Assembly: GCA_025558095.1 (NCBI GenBank)
Contig: JAIVFI010000035.1
Span: 124,001-188,000, forward strand
Source of the DNA: Hyaloraphidium curvatum SAG 235-1
Lineage: Eukaryota; Fungi; Monoblepharomycota
Direction: 5' to 3'
DNA length: 64,000 nt
Made by a program: the position numbers and the translations under genes. The notes beneath the pieces are model-generated. The model had not been told where the DNA came from. It was given only the letters and a program-made list of their open reading frames with translations, and searched no databases. Shown in pieces: positions 43,407 through 56,773 of the stretch. How positions within the stretch are numbered: position 1 is the first letter of the stretch; each line of letters opens with the position of its first letter.

Positions 43407-44727
43407 CTAAAACCCATATCTCTCCTTCAAAAACCCGTCGAAAAAGCTCTTCACTTTGTCTGGCTGCTCCATGTGTAGCCAGTGTCCTGCCTCGGGCACA
43501 TGCAAGTGACGAAGATCCGGCACCTTCTTTTGCATGCGCTCAATGATTCCGTCCTCGAAGCACACGTCTGTCCTGCACGTGGTGTGTGTGTGGATTGCAG
43601 CCATCAGTGCTTTGCGGGAAGCTATGTGCAAGCTACACTACTCACGACGTGATCAGTGCGACGGGTACTTGGAGGAGCTTGTTGGCAATGTCCCTTTCTT
43701 GGTGGTAGTTCTGCTTGTCCTTGCGGTACCTAGATTTCGTTTTTGCCCCATCTCCAGCGCCAAATGGATGGAGTACAGCGGCACTTGGGACTCACCAGGT
43801 GAAGCCCGGGTTGAAACCGGTCATCTTGAAGGCTGTGATGTAGGCATCCAAGACTTCCTGTGGGATCAATCCACCCCTGAAATGGTCCCATCCAAGTTCC
43901 TTGAAACTCTTCACAGGCTGCCTATTTATGCCGACGTCCTCGATTAGATGGACAAGATTACGCAGGGTTGGTTGGGCCGTAGAGTTCTCCTCCACGGTTG
44001 CAAAAATGGCCTTGAAGAACCTTTCGGGGTCCTGATCACAGGCATCTTGGAATTCCTTAACGCAGAAGAGGAGCTGGTAGGAGAGATTGGGATGCTCCTT
44101 GACTCGTTCCTCCACTAAGCAAGACCAACCACTGAGAAACCATGCGTAGCGGGTAGGTACCGAGACACGTACAAGGTTTGAACTCTCCTTCCTGTGGTGA
44201 CCACGGAGCTGCAAAGGGAACAGAAAGACCCATAATGCCCTTGACCCGATTTGGGTACCACAGCGCAAATCGGTAGGTGAGGACGGTGCCCCAATCATGG
44301 CACAGGAACAATGCCGATTCCACATCGAACGCTTCGCGGAACAAGACTTCCAGGTCGGCGCAGAGAAACTTAGTGCCACAGCGCTCCAGCTGACGTTCCT
44401 CCTCCTTGTCGTCAAAGGGGACATACGGAGCTGGGCTCTCGCCGAACCCGCGCTGGTCGAGAACGATGGCGCGGAAGCCCTTTGCCAGGAGCCATGGAAG
44501 CATATCGTGGCCCCAGTCAGTCCTACGAGAGGGAGGAGGATGTGACACCTATGCAAGCAACGTTGGAAAACGTACGTCGCTTACCAGCCACAATCAGGGA
44601 ACCCGTGGATGACCACGACCGTCTCCACGGGCTTTTCGACGCTGCATTCGTCCAGGTAGTGGTAGCGCTGGCCGTTGGCGATGTGGTATTTGTGGTTGAG
44701 GCGTGTGGCCCCGTAATCGATGGGCAT
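43407..44727 (-). CDS. alpha/beta hydrolase, soluble epoxide hydrolase-like (spliced)
   Basis: HGFPD, DQRGFGES, HDWG nucleophile elbow, AGHWLHMEQP. Confidence 0.9.
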
Positions 44728-44836
44728 CGTGTTGCGCAGCCAATAGCGCGTTTCAGACCGAGTGTGGGGTGTGTGGACGGAGTTGTGGCAAGTGGACCCG
44801 GAGCAGTAACGGGTTGCAGCGAACGGATGTCTCACG

Positions 44837-46029
44837 ATGTGGAAACCGGCCAGAGAGATCCAGGCCATCAGCTCATCATCTGTACTGCTGCTTCATTCCT
44901 CCCCGTCGTCGCAGTGCCTGACGACGCGCCTGGCAGGCCCTGGATCTCAAGGCTGAGGTCGTCAAGGAGAAGCAGCAGTTCCAAAAGGAAAAGGCCGCGC
45001 AGTCGTCCGTCGGCCCCGTCGTTTCGGGGAAAAAGTTCCAGAGGCCGAAGCCGCCGCCTCCCCCGGCGAACCGCGGTGTCGAGGAACGGAGCAGGCGGGA
45101 CCTGGAGGATGTCGCCGTGACGCCCACCGTGGAACAGAGCTGGGTCGCCCTTCAGAGGAAAGCGGAGCTCTACGAGCAGCTGAAGCGGGACGGAGGCTTG
45201 GACCTCACCGAGAAGAAGGAGGAAGAGGTTCTCGTGGACTTTGTGAGAAAGGCGTTCGAAGCCAAGGTCGAGGACGGAGGAGAGGCGCGAGGCCGCGCCA
45301 AGTCGGACCTTGGGGCTGACGCCGATCCCTGGGTCGAGTACGTGGACGAGTTTGGCAGGACGCGCATTGCTCGGAAGAGCCAGCTGCCGGACATGCCCCC
45401 GCCGCCGCGACAGGCTTTGGCAAAGTGAGCGCGGTCCGCCCTGAAGCTCTTGGCGGCTCTGACGCGCGCTGGAAAGCGGTTTCGTCAAGGCCGGATCGAC
45501 CGCCAAGACGTCCGACGAGACGTCGCTCCTGTCCAAGGACATGCTGGTGGAGCAGGAACGGCTGGAGTGGGAGCGCAACGCTCGGGAGGAAGTCGGGAAC
45601 GATGGGACCCCGGCGCACTACGATTCCAAGCGGGAGGTCCGCAACCTCGGCGTGGGCTTCTACCAGCTGTCCCAGGACGAAGCGGAGCGCCAGGAGCAGC
45701 TCGGCAAACTGAAGGAGCTGAGGACTCAGACGACCGCGGCCCGGACCACGGAGCTCGCACGGAAGAACAAGCGGAAAGAGAGGCTCGAAGCGCGGAGGAA
45801 GCTCATCGTCGCCAAGGCGAAGAGGAGGAAGGGGGAAGATGCTGGTTCCGGGGACGAGGACAACCAGGACGTGCAGGATGTGGCCGTGGATGAGCCGGAG
45901 GCGGCCCCGAGCGAGGACAAGCTCAAGCTAGTGGACGAGTTCTTGCAGAGCGTGCGACATCAGGTCGAGCGGTCTTCGGGCGCGTCGAGGAAAGCAGCAC
46001 TTTTTGGCGACCTCTTGGACGACACTTGA
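44837..46029 (+). CDS. CCDC174-like (DUF4078) protein (spliced)
   Basis: LQRKAELYEQL; WVEYVDEFGRTR; HYDSKREVRNLGVGFYQLSQDEAER. Confidence 0.85.
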
Positions 46030-46036
46030 GCCGTGC

Positions 46037-46751
46037 TCAGACGTTTCTCCACGCCCAAACGAGTCTCTGCAGCGTCGTTGCAATGACCAGCACCGCAAAC
46101 GCGGGGTACGACCACCGGATGTGCCGCGGAAAGAGGAGGAAGGCGTAATATGCCGCCACGGTCTCCGCCCTTTGGGATGCAATGCCCCCCGTCAGGGACA
46201 TTCACGACGCGAAAACGCGGCTCCCACCCCTCGATCATGCCGCTCGGCAGATGCAGCGCTGTCTTACGGGCAGGCTTCTTCGAGCCGGAAGCCGCTGCGG
46301 CTCCCTTCTGCTCGACCAGCCCTCCCAACATCAGCAGAACTCCGATATTCACGTAGAATGACGCCAGCATGAAGGCTGTGGCATAGAGCTCCAGGATCGT
46401 CTCTTCCGCACGCTGCATGCTCCGATTTCCCTCGACGATCCCAATGGGAACGGTCGCATACGCGACCAGATCGCAGGAAATGTCCAGCAGGCCTCCAAAG
46501 GAGGACTCGGTCCGCGTCAGCCTCGCGACCGGGCCGTCAAGGCCGTCCAACGTCCGATTCAAGGTCCAGAGTGCCACCGCGATCCAATTGGGGAGGCCTT
46601 CCGATCGACGCGTGGCGAGGGATGCAGCGCACAGGAGACCGGCGGCCAAGGCGAGGAGCGACAGCTGGTTTGCGGACAGCGAACCTGCCACAGAGCGAGC
46701 GAGCGGGAGAAGCGTCCTGTCCTTGACATCGCGCAGGAAGTCATCTATCAT
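46037..46751 (-). CDS. CDP-alcohol phosphatidyltransferase family protein (one likely intron)
   Basis: DGLDGPVAR...SSFGGLLDISCD signature; several TM helices. Confidence 0.88.
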
Positions 46752-46830
46752 GTTCCGCGCGTAGAGAATTCCGGTCGTGGAGGGGAAGGGGCGACTCCAT
46801 CATTCCAAAACCAGCAAGCACTATAATCTA

Positions 46831-48058
46831 TCACTTTTTCTCGTATTCGTAGAAGCCCCTGCCAACCTTCTTGCCTGGAGCGCATGGTCAGCCACATTGA
46901 GCGTTCGCCGCACGAAGCAGAACGTCCTACCTAGGTAGCCTGCCTGGACAAGGTTGACCAGCAGAGGACACGGCCGGTACTTGGGGTCGCCGAATCCGTC
47001 GTGGAGCACCCGCAAGATCGCCAGGCACGTGTCCAGGCCGATAAAGTCGGCGAGCGTGAGGGGACCCATTGGAACGTTCGTTCCCAGTTTCATGGTCGTG
47101 TCAATGTCCTCCTTGGTCCCGACACCCTGTGGAAACGCGTTGGTCAAAAGACCTATGGTGTGAACTCAGGTGCTCGAACGCCCACCTCCATCAATGCGAA
47201 GCATGCCTCGTTGATGTAGGGCATGAGGATGCGGTTCGCTATGAAACCTGGGTAATCCGCGCTGTGCGTGCACGTCTTGCCCATCGCCTGTGCCAGCGCC
47301 TGGGTCTCGGCGGTGGTCTGGGCGCTCGTCGCCGTCCCCGAGATGATCTCGACCAGCTTCATCACCGGGACGGGGTTCATGAAGTGCATCCCGATGACGC
47401 TCTCAGGGCGCTTCGTCGCTGATGCTATCTTGGTGATGGAAATGGAGGACGTGTTGGAGGCGAGGATGGCCGTCGGGGGCGCCACCTGGTCCAGCGATTG
47501 GAAGATGGTGTGCTTGAGCTGCGGATTCTCCGTTGCGGCCTGATGCACGTCGGGACGAACAGTCCACGGTGTCAGCCGGCGATAACGGTGCCTTCCAGGG
47601 GCCCCACTTCGATGATGAGCTCTGCCGAGCTAAAGTCGCTCATGGAGCTCGTGCCCCTGACGCGAGACTTGACCTCGGCGCCCTCGGCTTCGGTCATCCT
47701 CCCCTTGCCAATCTCCTTCTTCACGAGCGAATCTGTCGGCCCGGCGATTCAGGCCTTGCTGCACGAGCGCCGTGGAAGGCTCGCGCCCACCAATGAACTG
47801 GAGGCCCTTTTCCACCTGGGCGGCATTGGTGTCCAGGAGCAGAACTTCGCGCTTCGCCACGGCAGCGGTCACGTAGGCGATGCCGACGCCCATCTGGCCG
47901 CTGCCAATGACCCCGACCTGCTTGAAACGCGACAGGTCCGGTGCTGATGCCGCCATCGCGGCGGCGGACGCGTGGAAGCCGCGTGCGGCCGCATGCGATT
48001 CCGCCTGAGCGGCCACCTGGCCGGCCGCCCGCAGGAGAGGCGCGACACGCGAGGCCAT
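46831..48058 (-). CDS. 3-hydroxybutyryl/3-hydroxyacyl-CoA dehydrogenase, likely mitochondrial (spliced)
   Basis: [50 protein letters not shown]; Arg/Ala-rich presequence. Confidence 0.93.
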
Positions 48059-48270
48059 CGTGACGTTGGAATTGCTTTGCCACACCGCCCACTTCTGGCG
48101 CCTCGCTTGCAAATGATCCCCCAGGCCCGCATCAGACTACAACCATGGCCTGCTTGCAGATCTTTAGGCAGATAGATAAGTTTATGGACAAGGGTGAACA
48201 GCTGGGTCTTGGTATTCCCAGAGTCCGAACCCCAAGGCTTGATCGCATTATGGTAGATCGTCCGTAGTTG

Positions 48271-48825
48271 GCACGAAGCATGACGTTTTGCCATGATTCG
48301 GCTCCAGCCCTTGTTAGCGGACACTGCTTGGCAAGTTGCTGCTGGAGACTGCTTGGTCATATGCTTCTGGAAGCAGCCTTACATGGTGCCATGGACAATG
48401 GCTGCCCGTTTGCCCCAAAAATCTTTGCCTTTCGGATGGCAGGAAAACGGATGAGCCAGGTTCTAGTTGTTTCCATCCTGCATCATTTCTGCTACAGTAA
48501 GACCCAGCGCTCTCTTCCCAGCGGGACTGCCTGGGACAGGGCCCGGGCCGGCCTTTATGGGGGTGGGTGGCACCGGGTGGTGCATAAGGCGATCTCGCAA
48601 TGTGGCTGGAGTATGGTGCACAACACCGCAGCAAAAGGCCCCCGGAGGTCCCCAAATCACGATGGTTGAACCGCACCACGAAACCCCGAACTTGCCGGGC
48701 AACGCATCGGCACTCACCAGGCTCGTGCTGAAGGCCCGCCGGACCCTTTCACTCGGCAGCGGGGCAACGGGGGGACCGACCAACAACAGCGCCGTCGGCC
48801 AGCAACGCTCCGCCTCCGCGATGGC
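48271..48825. repeat. about 550-bp inverted repeat, copy 2
   Basis: Intergenic region reaching the ATG at 48821; reverse complement of 37149-37702. Confidence 0.92.
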
Positions 48826-49795
48826 ACCGACCCAGTCGGCAAAGCAGCCCTCGGCTGTCAAGCGATGGCGGCGATCTTCGGTCGTCGCTCCGGAAGCGCA
48901 CACGCGGCCACTGCGGCTCAAGTCGCTCCCGGTCGAGCTCCTGTTTTCGCTCGGCCGCACTGCCGGCGACATCGCCGCCCTCATGGACTCGGACGCGGTG
49001 TCGATCGAGTTTGAGCCAGCCAAGCACGACAGCCGGCGGCAGTTTGTCTTCGGGTACGGCAGCCTGCTGAATGAGCACTCCAGACGGAGGACGGTGCCTG
49101 CCAGCAGCACGGCCTTTCCCTGCCTGCTGAAGGGCTATACGAGATCGTGGAACTACGATTGCCGCAGCACGTACACCGCCGTCGGCCTTCTGCCTGACCC
49201 TGCCGGCGTCGTGAACGGAGTTTTGATCCCCCTGGAGGAGGCCGACTTGGCCCATTTGGACCAACGGGAGTGCGACTACGAAAGGGTGGTCTTGAACCCC
49301 CGGTCGCTGTGCCTCATTGACGATGGGCGATCCCCGCTGCCGGTTGCTTCGGCCCACGGCGCCACGATCCACACCTACGTGTCGCGGGACCCCTCGCACA
49401 AACCCTCTTCCACGATCCCCATCGCGCAAAGCTACGTGGACTGCATAATGCAGGGAGCCACGGCCACCCTGGGAGACGAATTTGCCCGGATGTTCGCGCG
49501 CCTGACTCGGGATTGGGCTTCGTTGGACTCGGACGGGCCGGCTTGGGTGGACGATCGCCCAGGGGCAATCCAGGACGTCATCAATGGGGAGGAGCACCAC
49601 GTTTCCGGTCGCACAAGCCCCGCAAACAACGGGGCGATGAACACCTTCCCCCCCGCGAGGAGCTCGAGCCCCACACGTCGGAGGTATGGCGGATCGGAGA
49701 TCGATTCTGCGGATACGCGCTGGATCGACCGCATCCTGGCCGAAGAGCTCGGTGCGGGCGTCCTGGCAGCGCGAGTGCCCGACCCCGGATTCTAG
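48821..49795 (+). CDS. gamma-glutamylcyclotransferase-like protein
   Basis: FVFGYGSLLN; VNGVLI...LDQRECDYER; PIAQSYVD. Confidence 0.85.
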   Translation: MAPTQSAKQPSAVKRWRRSSVVAPEAHTRPLRLKSLPVELLFSLGRTAGDIAALMDSDAVSIEFEPAKHDSRRQFVFGYGSLLNEHSRRRTVPASSTAFPCLLKGYTRSWNYDCRSTYTAVGLLPDPAGVVNGVLIPLEEADLAHLDQRECDYERVVLNPRSLCLIDDGRSPLPVASAHGATIHTYVSRDPSHKPSSTIPIAQSYVDCIMQGATATLGDEFARMFARLTRDWASLDSDGPAWVDDRPGAIQDVINGEEHHVSGRTSPANNGAMNTFPPARSSSPTRRRYGGSEIDSADTRWIDRILAEELGAGVLAARVPDPGF

Positions 49796-49893
49796 CCACG
49801 AACACTTTCCAGCACTGCAATACCAGATGCAAATAGTTCAAACACGTCCACTTGTAATCAGGAGCACCGTGCAAAGAGACATCTCACACCATT

Positions 49894-52800
49894 TCACACA
49901 ACCACCGTGCCCAACCTGCTGTCACTCGAGACCCTGACCGAGCTGTTGCTGGCTCTCTCGGACCCCACCCTGTCCTGAGACGCTCTAATCTTCTCGTACC
50001 CTGTCGTTGATTCGTTCAACGGACTCAGCCCTTTGCTCTCTGCATACTGCACGAGATCCGACGGAATGTGGCGGAACGCATCCTTGGTCATTTCAAACGG
50101 GCTTTTTGCCAAGTAGTCGCTAAAGAGGCCGTCAGCACAGAGTCGCGCGGCGTGCCAGGGACACCCACTTGTAGTTTATGAGTCGCAGCACCTGGCGCTC
50201 GAAGCCCGGTGCTTCGTTCGCAGGAGCGGCGGCGGCAGTTCCGGCGGTCTCCGTCGCCGCGGGCGGCGAGCCCACCGTCGGCGGCGAACCAACGGTCGGC
50301 GGCGAACCCACGGTGGGCGGCGAAGAAGGGGAGCCGACAGGAGGCACCGAGAGGAGCGCTTCACTCTGCTGCTGGGTCCACGAGAGCGACCCCAGCTGTT
50401 TCAGATCCGCAAAGAGGTCGGGCTCGCCCACGAAGATGACGACAAAGGAAACGGGAAGGCCCTGGCATTGCTGCAAAATCGGGGCCAGGGCGGGGATGTC
50501 CGTCACATTGCCGTCGGTGATGATGACGCACACCGTGTAGCGCTCAAGCACGCCTCGCTTGAGGAAGAACGATTCGATCTCCATCGATGCGCTGTGCGGC
50601 CAGCCTGTTAACGCGAACGATCTCACAGGGCAGCCAGCGGACCCACTCCCGAACGCGCTCGAGGACAGGGGCCAGGCGCACGGGGCCCCAGAACGCGACA
50701 GAGTCGCGCGCCAGGGAGTAGGCGTTCATAAGGCCGTACGTCCCCGCGCATAGCGGGTTCTCGGCATCGCCGTTCATGTTGAAGAGGTTGGAGAGCGTGA
50801 GCTCGTTGTTGAGGTCCGGGATGCGGGCGCCGAAACCGTAGCCGACGACGATGTTGGAATCGTCGTACGACTGCATGCTGCGCCCGACGGCGATCATGAT
50901 CTTCTCGTACACGTTGAGCGTCTCGGGGTCCTTGATGTTGCGCCGCGGGTGGTGAAAATGGCGGGAAGTGGGGTCGGCAGGGTGCCCGTTGCTCAGGCCA
51001 AAGTCGACGGCAAAGCACAGGCCGAGCTGCGTGCCTTGAACCATGAAGGACGTAAAGGTGCGCTCGATCCCGCTCAGCTGTACCGATTCAAAGACAAACA
51101 CGCCCGAGTTGGAGTAGCGCCCGAGGCCGTACATGAGCTTCTTCCGCGGGTTGATGAGCTCGCGCGTCGCGGCGGTCCCGTAGATGTCTGCAAGCGACAC
51201 GTAGGCGATCCCCACCAGGTCGTGGTGCGAGACCTTGTCGTGGTCCCAGACCTCGACCTTGAGCTGCTTGTTGTACTGGCCCCCGCACAGCTGCTCCAGG
51301 CCGACGGTGAAGCCCGCCCACTCGGGATCGTTGCTGCTGAAGATGACCTCGGATTTGTACACGGGCTTCCAGTGTTTCGCAGTGTCCGTGTTCATGTCCA
51401 CGATCCCCGACGTGATGGCCTTGGAGACGACAAAGTACGGATCGGCCTGTCCCCAGATGTCCATGTCATCAAGGTTCTCCGCGCGGCAAAACATTGTGAC
51501 CATGGCGTCCTTGGGATACTGCTCAATGATGCTGGAGGACCGGGTCACGAGGCAGGGGGTCGATTGGCGCGCTGCACCGGCCGCAGCGGCCGCCTTCAGG
51601 TGGATGGTCACGGAAGGGGAGAGCGTGAGGCCGGGCATGTCGGGGGGCAGGGAGAGGTTGAGCTCGTGCGATGGCGATTCCCACATGCGGTTGAAGCACA
51701 GGTCCGACAGGTTGATGTCGACCCAGCCGATGACCTTGTCGTCCCCTAACGGCCCCTTGCCTGGAGCCGGGCCGGTTTCGTCGCCCTCGGCATCCTGCGC
51801 ATACGTGTCCGCCGTCTCGGCCACGACAAACCGCAGGGTCTGGACGTCGCCGAGGACGAACTCGAGCCGCACATTCTTCTGGTAGTGCGGCGAGAGGTCG
51901 TAGTGAAGCCTTTCCGTGACCATCTTCTTTGTCCACCGCGGCGGCCTCGGCGAGTGGCCCGAGGAACCCGAACTTGAGGTCATGCTACGGAAGGCTTTTT
52001 TGACCTTATCCGAGACGGCGCCGCCAGACCGTGCAGATTGGTCCAGGGTATCCTCCTGCGGGGCGGCCGCCGCCTCGGGATCGTAATTCGGCGTCGTGAT
52101 CGACAGCATGCTGAGGATCCCGGTGCTGCCAAAGATGCTGCCCAGCCGCTGCCGCGCCGAAGTCGCCCTCCGCGTCGCCGCGGGCCGTTCCTGCTGACCG
52201 TCAGCGACAAAGGCACCCGTCGTTGCCGACCGCGAGGCGAGTGCGGGCTCCGAGCCTCCGAAGGTCGGCATTTGTGGCCGCAAAAAGGTGCCATCGTCGT
52301 CAGAGACGGCAAAAGTCGTCCGCGCCGGCTGCGATGTGGCGGAGACCCCGAGCGTCTTCCGGCTGTCAGGCGTGGGAGCGGTCGGTGACGGCTGCGACAG
52401 CGGCAAGCTCATCGGCGGCTCAAGACGAGCCGTCGAAGAGGGTGTTGTCCTCGTAGGCTCAGGTCCCACCGCGGTCGTGGGTGTCGGCCGCGGTTTGGCG
52501 CCTTCTACCTCGGGTGCGATCGAGGAGACCGGGGACGCCTGTGCAGGCGAGATGGCGATGGGGGAGCTGCCGCCGGATGAGGATGTGCCGCCTGTAGGCG
52601 AGCCCGGACCGAGGTCGGCCAGTGACAGGTCCCCCTTGCTGGACGACGGCGAATCGAGCACCGCTGCCAGTGTCACCATGGGCCCGCGATCGCCCATGGC
52701 CACCGATGCTCGCCGCGAAACCGCCGGATCGGGCACAAAAAGCCGTTTGAGCGTCGACGAGCTGCCGAAGACGCGCGACATGGTCGCGCCGAAAGGGCCA

Positions 52801-53387
52801 ACGAGGGGTCGCGCGTGTCGCGGCGGCGGCGCCGGCCCCTCAGGCTCGGGCGGGTCGTCCGTGGCCGCGACAATGCCCGAGCTTGCGCTTGCGAGCCACG
52901 TGCCGAAGCGTGCTGCCGGTAGCAGCGCCGAGGCGGCCGACGGCTCGGGCACCGGCGGCACGGCGACCGAAGGCGGCGGGCGGCGCGCGGGATCGGGCGG
53001 CATGTGGGGCCGCAGAGCGTCGACAAAGACGTGCACGCGCGTGACGGCGGCATAGCGGTCGCCCGGCAAGTCGCGGCACGATAGCTGCACGGCCAGCGAG
53101 AAAGCGTCGCCTCGCGCGTACCGCACCCGCGGCGCCCCATCGACGCCCGCGCGGTACCCGCGGCCGTGCGGCACGCCCGGCGGCGGCGAGGAGGCGACCG
53201 CCTCGCCGTCGCCCGGTACGGAGAGTAACACCATCGCATCGGTCGTGTAGTCTTCCCACTTGCCCGGCGAAGACGCGGTCAGGGCGAACTTCACGCGCCG
53301 CCAGAACGTCGACAATTGCACGCCCACGCGCCGTAGCCACGAAGTAAAATAGTACAATCCAACAGTGGCATCTTCTTGTAGTGTCAC
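49894..53387 (-). CDS. copine-like protein (C2 domains + vWA) with a long low-complexity insert (spliced; start uncertain)
   Basis: ADPYFVV; YKSEVI..SNDPEW; VWDHD; AVDFGLSNG; YGFGA; IITDGNVTD; PVSFVVIFVG; IPSDLVQY. Confidence 0.85.
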
Positions 53388-53971
53388 TATTGCTTGTGTT
53401 AGCCGTTTTCAGCGACACGAGGAGCGAATGCACGCACTGGGAAAGAATGGCTCAGTCTCCGGAGCACGGTCGATTCTCTAAGGGTACGACATCCAGACAC
53501 GACAGGGTCCGATGTGAAGGGCTGCGCTCCAAGAAAACGCGAGTAAGTCGGGGGATCGGTGTCAAGGGGGCGGGCGGGAGACTGAGCGCAGAGCCAAGGA
53601 GGAGGGAATCGCACGCCGCGCGGTGACGTCGAAAGTAGACAAAGGCCGCCGAATAGCGCCCTGCGAACCAGGGCTAAAGCACCCCGGCCGACGGGGATCG
53701 GTGCGAAAGGGGGCGCGAAGCGGAAGAGACCCTGAGTTGAGAAACCGAATCGCCGAGCAGGTGCGTAGAAGGTCGAGAGAAACACGCAAAGGTTGCGGAG
53801 TAGCCCCCCACAAAGCAGGGCGCGAGCCCGCGGCCCGAGGACTCGCGGCGGAAGGAGACGACGCGTGGGGGCGCGATCGGAGTAGGGTGGGCGCGAACGC
53901 TGATCGAGGCGGCATGCGCCGCCCACGACGCCACGAAAACAAACGCCCGCCGCGAGCCCGGCAGCGCGGCG

Positions 53972-55400
53972 ATGCTAACGCGAGCCGGCGTCGCGGCGCG
54001 GCGGTGCGCGGCGGCGGTGACGCGCGTGCCGCGGCGCAGCGCGGCGTCCGCGCGGCCGCCCCCGAGCGCGGTGCCGAGCGCGGCGGCGCCCCCCGCGGTG
54101 AGGAGGCCGCGGTCGCCCGAGCGGCGCAAGGCGGAGCCGGACTTCCCCCGCTTCCACGCCGTGCCGCTCCCCGAGTCCGCGCCCTCATCGGCCGCCCCGC
54201 CCGCCAAGCAGGCCGCACCGCGCCCGGACGCCCCGCCGGCAGCCACCGCTGCACGCGGCAGCAAGAAGCTCAAGGGTGTGCGCAGCGTCAAGGCGGAGCC
54301 CGGCCCACAGCCGCCGTCGGCGATCGCAGGCGCAACGGACCGCGAGCGCGCCCTGGCAAAGGCCTTCTGCACCGCCGACAAGTACGATCTGGGCGTGCTC
54401 AAGCCGCTGCTGCAGAGGCACTTTGTGCTCAACCCGTATCTGGCCGAGGACGTGTACCACGTGAAGCTCGTGACGAGGCAGGAGGAGGACTGGCACAAGC
54501 ACGCCCCTGCGGGCGCCGACGCCGCGGCGGACGAGGCCTTCATCTCGCCGGCCGAGGCCTTCATCTTCGACAACGGCAGCTTCGTCACGTGGGGCGCGAC
54601 CGCGGCGCAGCAGCAGCAGATCCGCGAGATCGTCAAGGAGGCCGAGGTCGACGCCTACGACTTTCTCGAGAACGAGGAGTTCGACTACGTGCGGGACGAG
54701 AAGTGGGTGGCCGCGACTTCTGTGTGACTCCGCCTGACCTCCTTGGCCCGGTTTACCCAGGCCGAGCTCGCTCGCCGGCGATGTGATCCTGTTGGGCAAC
54801 GACATGCCGCTGGCGCAGTCGGAGCTTGCCTTTTCCGCCGGCCTGTCCCGGTCCGTGAAGCTGGCGAGCCTGGAGGAGCTGCTGGACCGCTTCCTGGACT
54901 CGAACCGCCACATCCCCGAGGTTCTCCGCGCGGGCAAGCCGCTGCGCCTGTCGCGCGCCGAGGTCCTCAAGCAGCTCGGCACGCTGCTCTCCTTCCGCGG
55001 CATCATCAACATCCACGCCGAGCTGCTGGACGACCCGGATTTCGTGTGGTCCAACAAGGGCATGGAGAACTGCTTCGTCGAGGTGTCGCGCAACCTCGAC
55101 ATCCGGCGACGCATCGCCACCTTCAACAAGAAGCTCGACTACGCCAACGAGCTCGCCGCGTTCCTCTCGGACCACCTGAACCAGCGGCACGGGACCAAGC
55201 TGGAGTGGATCATCATCTGGCTGATCGCCGTTGAAGTGGTCTCGGAGGTGATCCACTACGCGGAGCGGCTCGGCTGGGTCAACCTGGACACCTTTGCCCG
55301 CAAGGTGGAGGAGGAACTGGAGGACGGCGTCGAGCCGGCATCCAATAACGGTTCCGGTGGCGTGCTGGTGGGCTGGCGGAAACAAGGCTCCGGTTTCTAG
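53972..55400 (+). CDS. RMND1/Rmd1/Sif2 (DUF155) family protein (spliced)
   Basis: FCTADKYDL; FIFDNGSFVTWG; SRSVKL; LLDDPDFVW; LDIRRRIATFNKKL; LEWIIIWLIAVEV. Confidence 0.9.
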
Positions 55401-56651
55401 AGCCGAGGGGTCCCGGGATGCCGCACCCAGGCTTTGGCTTGAACCGCGACTAGCGCGGCCCGCGGGCACCGCCTGCGGGCAACGCACACGCTATCTTTGT
55501 CACCTTAGAGCTGCTGCTGATACCAGATGGGAATTGAATCACTGAAGCACAAGCAGAATATCTAAACTGATCAAATGCTACCCGCGCCCCGCGGGCCACC
55601 AGCACAACCAGTGGATATATAGGACGTGCGCACAATTCCTAGCCTGTCAGCTGCAGAGTGCACTTCGCACAGAGAGATAGAACGAGCAACAAATCCTGTT
55701 TTCACAGGCCTAACTGACGAAAGAACGAGCAATCGTGTTCACAGGCCTAACGGACGACACTGTCAAACACTGCAGGGGCTTGACTGCCGTTGCCTTCTTC
55801 TGGCAGCAGGTTGCATTGTGTGTAGAGGCAGGTTAGCTGCAGATAGAGCTCTTACATCTAGATCCACATCTTCATTCATTGCCCGCTGTCTTTCGTGCCA
55901 GCGGGCGCCGAGGAGGTCCCCCCGCTCGTGTTCGCGCCCTTCGACCGGTCCTCGCCGTCATCCAATCCACGTCCTGGCGGCTCCTCGGCGTCCCTGCGCG
56001 CGCGTTGGGTGCGGCCCATCCTTGTCCGCCGCCTCGGTCTCCACCGCCCAGCCGCCCGCCCACCCCCGCTCAGCCGCGCCCGCGCCGTCCAACTTGCCGT
56101 CCTCCATCGTGCCTGCGCCGCCCCGCCCGCGCAGCGCAATGGAGCGCGTCCTCCGAGCCACGTCGGGGGTTTGCGTGCCTCGGACGCGGTCGGTCTGTGG
56201 GGGCTGCCCCTCGGGGTTTTGGGCGTGCGCACCGCCCTCCTCAACGCTCCCCGGCCATCACAACGGGCAGTGGGTATTTTTGAAATCTGACACCACTTTT
56301 GGCGTGGAATAGACCCCCTGCGGTCACGTTGCGGGGTCGTCCGGGCCCGTACGATGCGTTGCGGCCGAGAAATGGGCGATGTCCGAAACCCCGAGCTAGC
56401 ATGGGCGGCGGCGGGCCGGGACTCCCGTCCCGGCCCCGCCCCGCCGTTCCCCGCCCCGCCGTTTCCCGCCGAGCTCCGCGACACCTCCGGCCCGCCTCCC
56501 GCACTTCCCGCGGCGATTTGCATCGCACCGTTTGCCTCGCTGCCGCTCGGGGCGCGCTCCGCGCGAAGCTAGCTGGCAGGTGGCGGCGGGGGAACGTGCC
56601 TGCCTTCGGCGTGGGTACGTGCCCGCTGGCGCGGGGCTCGCTCGCGCTCGC

Positions 56652-56773
56652 GGGGCCGCTCCGCGGCAAAGCTAGCAAGGGAGCCAGCGCCGGGGACGCG
56701 GATAGGACTTCCGCCACACAAGTTAGGGTCAGCGTCCGTTCGCGCACCGGTGTAGAGTCACAGCGGTGCCAGC
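56652..56773. repeat. about 120-bp repeat, copy 1 (inverted partner 62828-62947)
   Basis: Minus strand reads GCTGGCACCGCTGTGACTCTACACCGGTGCGCGAACGGAC...TAGCTTTGCCGCGGAGCGGCCC. Confidence 0.85.

Noticed and set aside
50262-50325. 18-bp repeats (VGSPPT)n in the copine gene
   Set aside because: Ordinary low-complexity coding repeat.
55681-55757. Two imperfect copies of AACGAGCAA..TTCACAGGCCTAAC.GACG
   Set aside because: Simple local duplication; no spacers or cas genes, so not CRISPR.
55626-56572. Several overlapping GC-rich ORFs, and ORF 58548..58883
   Set aside because: Low-complexity translations without recognisable motifs; cannot be told apart from chance ORFs in high-GC DNA.
56652-56773. 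3'-UTR repeat as a SECIS element, TPP riboswitch or C/D snoRNA
   Set aside because: GUGA-to-AA spacing is wrong and no in-frame TGA was noticed in the genes; no TPP core or proper C box shared by both copies.
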